Assembly: GCA_947625955.1 (NCBI GenBank)
Contig: CANQQH010000002.1
Span: forward strand, 1-33,645
Source: an uncultured Clostridia bacterium
Lineage (GTDB): Bacteria > Bacillota > Clostridia > Christensenellales > UBA1242
Reading direction: 5' to 3'
DNA length: 33,645 bases
Shown here: positions 19,535 through 26,359 of the stretch, in pieces
How positions within the stretch are numbered: the first letter of the stretch is position 1
How the letters are laid out: the number at the start of each line of letters is the position of its first letter
The notes under the pieces: model-generated
What the model was told of the DNA's origin: nothing
Databases searched by the model: none
The model's input: the letters and a program-made list of their open reading frames with translations, nothing else
Position numbers and translations under genes: made by a program

Positions 19535-19870
19535 CTACGCACCTTGACCGTGCGCGGCTTCACTTTTACTTTTATCATAGAGCATTTTAATGTGAAAGCC
19601 AAGCTCATCTTTGAGCTCATAGTTGGTGAAAAGGCTATAATTGTCGTTTATACCAATAACTCCACTTTCAGCAATTGAGCGAAGTATCTCAGTTTCTTTT
19701 ATGAACGGATACTTATGATTATTTTGCTTGATTCTTGCAATCACAATGTCTTTTTTGATAGGAAAAATATATAAATCGTGAATTGAATCCAAAATATCTT
19801 TCTCTATTTCAGTGAGATTTGGTTTGTCTTTTAGAAAATTGTATATTTCAAAAACCTTCTTGTCAAACAT
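19535..19870 (-). CDS. Hypothetical protein
   Basis: 111-aa AT-rich ORF in the minus-strand run. Confidence 0.6.
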   Translation of the reverse strand: MFDKKVFEIYNFLKDKPNLTEIEKDILDSIHDLYIFPIKKDIVIARIKQNNHKYPFIKETEILRSIAESGVIGINDNYSLFTNYELKDELGFHIKMLYDKSKSEAAHGQGA

Positions 19871-19928
19871 ACTTTTTCACCATTTTGTTAAATTTTTATT
19901 TTCCAATAATCCACGCGATTTTTTTCAG

Positions 19929-20372
19929 CTATTTATTTTTCGCATTTTTCAAAACTTCAACCGCTTCTTTTCGCATGATGTTATGAATTTCAATTTTTCT
20001 ATTTTTTGTTGCTTTGGCTATTGTCTCGCAAGCGATGAGCACTTCTGGGCAATAGTATTTGTTGCTATCTTCGAGTTTTGCAGCGTAGTAAAGTTTATCA
20101 AATTCTTCATATAAAATTGCGCCCATACACATTGGGCAAGGCTCGGTTGAAACATACATTGTCGCCCCCTTTAATTCGCCATATAAGTTGTTATCTTTAA
20201 GGGCGTCTTGGATCGCAACAAATTCTGCATGAGTATAACAACCATTTAGTTTGACCTTTTTGCTATCGCTTCTGCCAACAATCTCGCCGTCCTTCACAAC
20301 AATTGCGCCATAAGGATATTTCGCTGTTTTAGAAATATCAATCGCAATTTGCATGTATTCTTTGTCTGTCAT
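19929..20372 (-). CDS. Zn-dependent nucleoside/nucleobase deaminase (guanine/cytidine deaminase family)
   Basis: PYGAIVV, HAE, STEPCPMC; AAGGAG RBS before ATG 20372. Confidence 0.9.
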   Translation of the reverse strand: MTDKEYMQIAIDISKTAKYPYGAIVVKDGEIVGRSDSKKVKLNGCYTHAEFVAIQDALKDNNLYGELKGATMYVSTEPCPMCMGAILYEEFDKLYYAAKLEDSNKYYCPEVLIACETIAKATKNRKIEIHNIMRKEAVEVLKNAKNK

Positions 20373-20392
20373 AATTACTCCTTGTTTCAACC

Positions 20393-20542
20393 TTACTTGT
20401 TCCACATTGCCTTTTGAATCAAAATTGCACGAGTTTGCAAATCATTGAAGAACGCACATTCATGTTCAATGTCAAAATCTTCGCAGTCTGTTTTAAGTTT
20501 ATATTCAACAACAACATTATTATCAAAGAAATATCTTGTCAT
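20393..20542 (-). CDS. Small hypothetical protein (49 aa; not in ORF track)
   Basis: AAGGAG RBS; MTRYFFDNNVVVEYKLKTDCEDFDIEHECAFFNDLQTRAILIQKAMWNK fills the gap between two genes. Confidence 0.5.
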   Translation of the reverse strand: MTRYFFDNNVVVEYKLKTDCEDFDIEHECAFFNDLQTRAILIQKAMWNK

Positions 20543-20555
20543 CACTCCTTAAAGT

Positions 20556-21022
20556 TTATAACTTTGAAATAATATCATCTGTTTTGCCTTGAATTAAAAA
20601 CAAATCATCAACTTTTTCAAATCCTATTCGTTCATACCAAGAGAAAGGCATATTGTTCTCGCCAAGATAGGTTGCTCCGTTAACGCAGGTGACTTTGTAG
20701 GCTCTTTTTGCTTTTTTAAGCAAAGTGAGAAGCAACTTTTTTGCCACTCCTTGCCTTCTATACCTTTCGTCAACCGAGATTTCTTCAACCATAAGTTGGT
20801 TGCCATCTGCCCATGGCTTCACATATGAAAAAGTGAAACCAATAACAGCCTCTTTGTCTTTTGCAACAAGAAACAAGTCGGGTTGTTTTCAAAATAATAC
20901 TTGCAAATTGCGTTTGAACTTTCAGTTGTCCACCCCTCGCTCAAAACATTGCTATTATAAATATCCATCAAAATTTTTGCACATTGTTTGATGTCTTGTG
21001 CTGTTGCCGTTTGAATCTTCAT
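20556..21022 (-). pseudogene. GNAT acetyltransferase, frameshifted (one base missing near 20886-20889)
   Basis: ORFs 20819-21022 and 20556-20876 join into one GNAT (YYFEKQPDLFLVAKD...EISVDERYRRQGVAK...WYERIGF) if the minus-strand A4 run were A5. Confidence 0.8.
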
Positions 21023-21049
21023 CCTATTCTCCTTATGGCTTCATGTATA

Positions 21050-21081
21050 ATTATACCACTTCTCGCGGCGACTTCCAACTT
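21050..21081 (-). promoter_or_regulatory. Sigma-A promoter, copy 1 of a duplicated element
   Basis: TTGGAA-17-TATAAT with TGG extension; 25 of 32 nt identical to 22347-22378. Confidence 0.65.
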
Positions 21082-21108
21082 TTTTGCATGGCTTTTTGCC
21101 GCCCTTGT

Positions 21109-21714
21109 TCATGCTTTTGGTGGAAAAATTTGAATGAAAGATTGTTTTCTTATTGACGGTTCCAAGCAATGATCATCAAACCAAGTGTCAAAAAATCGCT
21201 CGGCTGAAAAGTAGTTATAGCCGTCTTTGTTGCCGTCGTAGGTATCGCTTGGGTCGGCGAATATCAAAACATCTTGCTCCTCATTGTCTTTGTTCACCTC
21301 GTCAAACCCAATAACAACACGATAGTGTCCGCCGTCTTCACAATTTTCAACAATCAGCGGTATCTTTTTGTCAATGCTCTCAATGGCGAACTTCTTGAAA
21401 TCACCATATGTTTCAAAGCAGATTCCATCGTCGTTTTTCATGTCGTAGGTGGAAAAAACCTTCAAGCCTGTTAGCATTTTCAAAGCGTTTATGAGGTCAA
21501 TAAGGCGAGTGCCTGTGTACTCTTTTGAATGGCACAACGCTGCAAAGTCCATCTCAGCTGGCACCTTTATTCCATAGTAACCCAGAACCATCATAACGCA
21601 CGAGATTCCACAGGTGTATTCAGTTGTTTGTTGAAGCGTTTCAAACTTTTCAATCAAGTGCAAGTGTTCATTCGCTTTCAAATTATAAAAATCAAAACTC
21701 TTATAGTAGTTCAT
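21109..21714 (-). CDS. Peptidase C39-like (papain-fold) protein
   Basis: QQTTEYTCG (Cys), GGHYRVVIGFD (His), FADP (Asp); GAGGAG RBS before ATG 21714. Confidence 0.85.
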   Translation of the reverse strand: MNYYKSFDFYNLKANEHLHLIEKFETLQQTTEYTCGISCVMMVLGYYGIKVPAEMDFAALCHSKEYTGTRLIDLINALKMLTGLKVFSTYDMKNDDGICFETYGDFKKFAIESIDKKIPLIVENCEDGGHYRVVIGFDEVNKDNEEQDVLIFADPSDTYDGNKDGYNYFSAERFFDTWFDDHCLEPSIRKQSFIQIFPPKA

Positions 21715-21775
21715 ACTCTCCTCGCCCTCGCCTATTTTCGCGTCTTTCATACTCTCTCCGCTTTTGCTTCTGGAC

Positions 21776-22339
21776 TTATTTAAGCCCAGCAATCAAATTT
21801 TTTATTTTTTCAAAAATTTCTATATTGTCTTTATACCCACGCGGATTGAGCGGCGACGGATGATATATTGGTATTAAAGTATATGCCAACGAATTGATTT
21901 CGATTTCAAAAGTCTTTCCAACAACATCGGCAAACTTGTTTATTTTTGTGCCCAGCAGAGCTTGCGTTGGAAACAATCCCATTGTCACGATTATTTTGCA
22001 CGGAATGTCTTCAAGTTGCTCATAGAGTATTGGCAAGCAATTTTGCGTGCAAAACCCCAGATTTTTTCTGTTTTCAATCACACATTTGCAACATTCCGTG
22101 AAATATATGTCATTAATTGAATAGCCAATGTTTTTTAGCAGATTATTTAGTACTCGCCCCGTCCCCTGCAACTTCCCAGAAGAATTATAAAACGCCCGCT
22201 TTGACTGTATCCAACCGTCTTTCGCAGGGCTTTCCCCTATCACAACAAACGGAGTTGTTCCCAGCTGTATCGACGGCTCAACAAGTTTTGGCAGTACGCC
22301 ACACAAACTGCAACTTTCAATCTTGCTTTTGATTTCCAT
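21776..22339 (-). CDS. Uracil-DNA glycosylase superfamily protein (family 4/5-like, Fe-S cysteines)
   Basis: CSLC, IGESP, FTECCKC, C...L.EQL, PIYHPSP. Confidence 0.85.
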   Translation of the reverse strand: MEIKSKIESCSLCGVLPKLVEPSIQLGTTPFVVIGESPAKDGWIQSKRAFYNSSGKLQGTGRVLNNLLKNIGYSINDIYFTECCKCVIENRKNLGFCTQNCLPILYEQLEDIPCKIIVTMGLFPTQALLGTKINKFADVVGKTFEIEINSLAYTLIPIYHPSPLNPRGYKDNIEIFEKIKNLIAGLK

Positions 22340-22346
22340 ATAAATT

Positions 22347-22378
22347 ATTATACCACTTCTCGCATTAGTCTCCAACTT
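22347..22378 (-). promoter_or_regulatory. Sigma-A promoter, copy 2 (leaderless geometry for UDG)
   Basis: TTGGAG-17-TATAAT, 7 nt, then ATG; no SD sequence. Confidence 0.6.
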
Positions 22379-22386
22379 ATTTATTC

Positions 22387-22416
22387 AAAAAAGCACGCAC
22401 TTTGTGCGCGCTTTTT
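22387..22416 (-). terminator. Intrinsic terminator
   Basis: Minus strand AAAAAGCGCGCAC-AAA-GTGCGTGCTTTTTT. Confidence 0.75.
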
Positions 22417-22426
22417 GTTTGAAAAA

Positions 22427-22906
22427 CTATTCAAAGTCCACCAAGTTTTCGGTGGTGATGCTCCACTCTTTATAGCTTTCGCTAATTTGCGAACTATGCT
22501 TTGGAAAATTCAAAACGAACTTGTCCCAAAACTTAACCGCGCGCAAGTTTTCAAGCCGTGTTGAAAACGAGAACTCGCCGCCAAAGAGATTGATGATTTC
22601 AGCGGCAAACATAGTGGCATTATTTTTCCCCCTGAACTTAGGCAAAACATAAAATTCGGCAATCTCAAAGTGCTTTGGTTCAAGCTCCCGCACCAGCGCC
22701 AACCCGGCAAATTGGTTGTTCTCGCTCAGCAAAAACGGATACCTGTCCTTGTCTTCCCAGTAGCAATCAAACCACTTGTAGATTGGCTTTTTGTTTTTAT
22801 CAAACTTTATTGTTGGATCAAACTGAGACAGCTCCAAAAGGTAGTCGATGAAGTATTTTCTCACCTTTTCCTTATCGTTCTCCCCCACAAGTTGTATTTT
22901 TTTCAT
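22427..22906 (-). CDS. GNAT family N-acetyltransferase
   Basis: AGLALVR, IAEFYVLPKFRGK, N.RAVKFW; AAGGAG RBS before ATG 22906. Confidence 0.85.
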   Translation of the reverse strand: MKKIQLVGENDKEKVRKYFIDYLLELSQFDPTIKFDKNKKPIYKWFDCYWEDKDRYPFLLSENNQFAGLALVRELEPKHFEIAEFYVLPKFRGKNNATMFAAEIINLFGGEFSFSTRLENLRAVKFWDKFVLNFPKHSSQISESYKEWSITTENLVDFE

Positions 22907-22939
22907 TTCTTCTCCTTTTGTTGAAATCATTGACAATTG

Positions 22940-23725
22940 CTAATCAAGTCGTGGTTTTGCAAGCGTGTAGAATTTGTCAATGATTTCGCAAAATTCTTTT
23001 GGAAGTTTATTTCTAGCCTGCTGTTTTAGATCTTGGTCAATCCCAAACAACGCTTCTGCCATACTTCCAACAATGCACGCGTTTGTGTCGGTGTCGCCGC
23101 CGAAATATATCGCTTTTTTGATGGCTTCTTCAAACGAATTTGAACTAAATAACGCAAACAAGCAGACATCGATTGTTTCGTGGCAAGTCAAATTGAAGTG
23201 CGTTAACCTAGGCTTTTTGATTTTCAGTTTCAGCTTGTCCATAATTTCTTCTTTCGAAAGACCCTGCCTTGCATAGAAGATGATCAGCGCAATCGTCGTG
23301 GCGCACGAAATCGCTTCCTCTGTGTTGTGCGACGGGATTGTGCAAAGCCGCGCGTTCTTGACAACCTCTTCTTCGCTTTCAAAGAAATTCCCAACCGGTG
23401 AAATTCGCATCATTGCCCCGTTACCCGCACTATTTCCGTCGGCCTTTCCTTTCGCCCAATTCGTGAAGTTTGGCGAGAACATCGACTTGAAATATGGAAT
23501 ACCCTTTGGTATTTTTTCGTCAAATTCGAGTGCATACTCCCTGAGCTTTTTCTCGTAGCTTTGCTTGTTTATAATCGCGTCGGCAACAGCAACTGTGAGA
23601 ATAGAATCATCGCTGAAAAACGCATCGTCCTCAATGATCTTTCCAATCTTCACCTTGCAATGGCGGCTCACCTGCCCAAACTCATAGACCGACCCCGCCA
23701 AATCTCCAATAATCGCCCCAAACAT
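22940..23725 (-). CDS. ADP-ribosylglycohydrolase family protein
   Basis: GAIIGDLAGS.YEF, FSDDS, SAGNGAMMR.SP, SHN, GGDTDTNACI.GS.AEA. Confidence 0.92.
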   Translation of the reverse strand: MFGAIIGDLAGSVYEFGQVSRHCKVKIGKIIEDDAFFSDDSILTVAVADAIINKQSYEKKLREYALEFDEKIPKGIPYFKSMFSPNFTNWAKGKADGNSAGNGAMMRISPVGNFFESEEEVVKNARLCTIPSHNTEEAISCATTIALIIFYARQGLSKEEIMDKLKLKIKKPRLTHFNLTCHETIDVCLFALFSSNSFEEAIKKAIYFGGDTDTNACIVGSMAEALFGIDQDLKQQARNKLPKEFCEIIDKFYTLAKPRLD

Positions 23726-23903
23726 TTCCTCTCCTTTCATTTCCATTATACCACCTTCTCCCCTTTCTTCCAAACCTTTCTCGCAAGAAATCACAATATA
23801 AGCGCCACCTCAAACTTCAAGTATTGCTTTTTATACAAATAATTGATTTGATTTGAAATTTGTTATATTAAAGATTTAATTTAAGAAATTAATTATTCAT
23901 ATT

Positions 23904-25074
23904 GGTTAAGTTCCTTTTTGATTCTTGATATGGTATAATTTCATTTGAAAAGACAATTGGATTAATCCAGTTTTAGTTCCCTATTGGATTTTGGTATGGT
24001 ATAATTTATTCCGACGAGGATTGGTTGCATGATAAGTTTTAGTTCCCTATTGGATTTTGGTATGGTATAATTCTGTTAAGAAACATGAAGCCCTTATCAA
24101 GTGTTTTAGTTCCCTATTGGATTTTGGTATGGTATAATATTGAAAGTTAAGCCTGCGTCACCGCAATTGTTTTAGTTCCCTATTGGATTTTGGTATGGTA
24201 TAATCCGCGCGGGCGGCATTCTTGACGATAGCATGTTTTAGTTCCCTATTGGATTTTGGTATGGTATAATTCTTGTATTTGACAAAATGTCATACAGATA
24301 GTTTTAGTTCCCTATTGGATTTTGGTATGGTATAATTTTTGCGCAGCTCTTTCATATCGTTTGACAGTTTTAGTTCCCTATTGGATTTTGGTATGGTATA
24401 ATAGTTTTTCTCGCCACTGTGTCATCTAGTGAGTTTTAGTTCCCTATTGGATTTTGGTATGGTATAATGGAAACTAAAATAGAGTGAACAGGATTATAAC
24501 CCAACCATAGGTTTTAGTTCCCTATTGGATTTTGGTATGGTATAATTAAAAGGCTCAGTTTTTGCATGGATTAAAAGTTTTAGTTCCCTATTGGATTTTG
24601 GTATGGTATAATAAAAGCAACAAGCCCCAATAAATTAGGACAGTTTTAGTTCCCTATTGGATTTTGGTATGGTATAATAACCATCAAGTGAAAAAGCATA
24701 ACCGTCTTGTTTTAGTTCCCTATTGGATTTTGGTATGGTATAATTTTAACTCCATGATGGATTTTTTCAGCTCAGTTTTAGTTCCCTATTGGATTTTGGT
24801 ATGGTATAATTAGCGTTTTCACTGGCAAATTGATACCTAAGTTTTAGTTCCCTATTGGATTTTGGTATGGTATAATAGGGCGGTCGCACGGAGGTTAAAA
24901 ATTATGGTTTTAGTTCCCTATTGGATTTTGGTATGGTATAATTGGAGCAATTTCCTCACCACAAGAAAGATAGTTTTAGTTCCCTATTGGATTTTGGTAT
25001 GGTATAATCAATAATCGATATTATATATACGGCAAAAAGTTTTAGTTCCCTATTGGATTTTGGTATGGTATAAT
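23904..25074 (+). CRISPR. Type II-C CRISPR array: 17 identical 36-nt repeats (23970-25074) plus 1 degenerate repeat (23904-23939), 17 spacers
   Basis: Repeat GTTTTAGTTCCCTATTGGATTTTGGTATGGTATAAT. Spacers are 30 nt except one of 31 nt (24072-24102) and one of 42 nt (24469-24510). + orientation inferred from the GTTTTAG start, the terminal -10 box and tracrRNA complementarity. Confidence 0.98.
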
Positions 25075-25088
25075 AGGCAACTAAAAAC

Positions 25089-25131
25089 AAAGAGTTCAAC
25101 ATTCGATATTTTCGTTCGTTGAACTCTTTTT
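25089..25131. terminator. Hairpin/terminator between array and cas2
   Basis: AAAGAGTTCAAC / GTTGAACTCTTT 12-bp stem ending in a T run. Confidence 0.65.
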
Positions 25132-25155
25132 CATTATAATGATTTTTTCGAAATT

Positions 25156-25476
25156 TTAGAAAAAACTTAATTGATTGCTTTCAACTTTTTTCTCTTTTTT
25201 CAAAGGAACACCAGTTAAAATCTTCATTGAGGAATATTGTTTTTCAGTCACAATCATAGAGCGCACTGAACCTGTTTTGGGAACTTTTACCGCAACTCTG
25301 TCCTGATGCAGTTGAGCTGATTCCAACGTGTTGCACACTCTTCCATAGAGGCTATATTGTATCATATAGAAGCCATCTTTTATCAAAAAGTTCCTAAATT
25401 GTGTTGCCTCTTTTCTTTCAACAGCAGTCACAACGGGCAAATCAAAAAAGACCAAGATTCTCATAACTCTACTCAT
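25156..25476 (-). CDS. cas2: CRISPR-associated endonuclease Cas2
   Basis: MRILVFFDLPV...FRNFLIKDGFYMIQYSLY; overlaps the cas1 stop. Confidence 0.95.
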   Translation of the reverse strand: MSRVMRILVFFDLPVVTAVERKEATQFRNFLIKDGFYMIQYSLYGRVCNTLESAQLHQDRVAVKVPKTGSVRSMIVTEKQYSSMKILTGVPLKKEKKVESNQLSFF

Positions 25477-26359
25477 ACTTGTGCACATTGAGCCCAACAA
25501 TTTTGATTTGTTTTATTTCTCTCTTATTTGTTTTCAAACATTCCAAAAAACTCTCAACATAAATATCGATCGCGTTTGAGAGCGTTTGCATTTTACCATC
25601 AACTTCAACGTCTATATTAATTATATTATAAATCCGTGTTTTTATCTCGGTTGTGACAGCAGTTTCTTTATCAAGATAAATTTTCACAAACAAGTCCACA
25701 ATTGGCCTAAATGGTTCCATCAGATCATCTGCCAAATTAAATTGGTTGAACTGATTTGAATGTTTTATTCCCCAAAACGGCATGAGGCCATGCACAACTA
25801 TACTTCGCGCAACAAATCCGCGTATGATTGCATAACCATAGTTCAAAAATGCATTGATAATGTTATCGTTCCTACGCTTGAAGTCTTTGTTAAACAATTC
25901 TTTGAAATAAATTTGACTTGCTGTTGCTTCAACGTTGCTGCTATCATCACTCAGCACACTATCAGCCAAATTTTTGAGTTTGTCATTCCCGCCACAGATA
26001 TTCAAGACTTCGTTTTGATTCCTAATTTTATTTTTTACAACATTTTGCCATAGTTGTTTTATCAATGGTTTGCTTGCACCAATTTGATGGTTGTAGTTCA
26101 AAATATTATAATGTTGGCAATATGGCAGCAACACGCCACAGGGCAAGTGTTTTTCGTCGCAAACAAAGACCAAAACACCGTTCTGCGCAAACTGAGAAAG
26201 AGTGTAATTTGAAATGCTTCCACTCATATTTTCTATCATAACGCTATTAATGTCTTCAAGTGGATAATCGTTTTGCTGTTCTGAGTTTTTCAAAAACACC
26301 TGGTTGTTCTTTATGTTTATATGCGCTTCATTGCCCACAAAAATATTAATATAACCCAT
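25469..26359 (-). CDS. cas1: CRISPR-associated endonuclease Cas1 (type II)
   Basis: CDEKHLP, NAFLNYGYAIIR, GIKHSNQFNQFNLADDLMEPFRP. Confidence 0.96.
   Translation of the reverse strand: MGYINIFVGNEAHINIKNNQVFLKNSEQQNDYPLEDINSVMIENMSGSISNYTLSQFAQNGVLVFVCDEKHLPCGVLLPYCQHYNILNYNHQIGASKPLIKQLWQNVVKNKIRNQNEVLNICGGNDKLKNLADSVLSDDSSNVEATASQIYFKELFNKDFKRRNDNIINAFLNYGYAIIRGFVARSIVVHGLMPFWGIKHSNQFNQFNLADDLMEPFRPIVDLFVKIYLDKETAVTTEIKTRIYNIINIDVEVDGKMQTLSNAIDIYVESFLECLKTNKREIKQIKIVGLNVHKYE

Noticed and set aside
18374-23725. Classical integron cassette array
   Set aside because: No integron integrase and no attC-like inverted repeats between the genes; the units carry their own promoters.
23838-23875. 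Possible further degenerate CRISPR repeat
   Set aside because: AT-rich sequence with weak similarity; cannot be distinguished from background.
24271-24300. Self-complementary spacer containing TTGACA
   Set aside because: Normal length; most simply a protospacer taken from a palindromic site, and the TTGACA is not spaced correctly to the next -10.
23940-25038. Self-targeting spacers
   Set aside because: By eye no spacer matches elsewhere in the window. The best was 11 nt (GGCTCAGTTTT, spacer at 24547 versus ~30403), which is compatible with chance. The rest of the genome is unseen.
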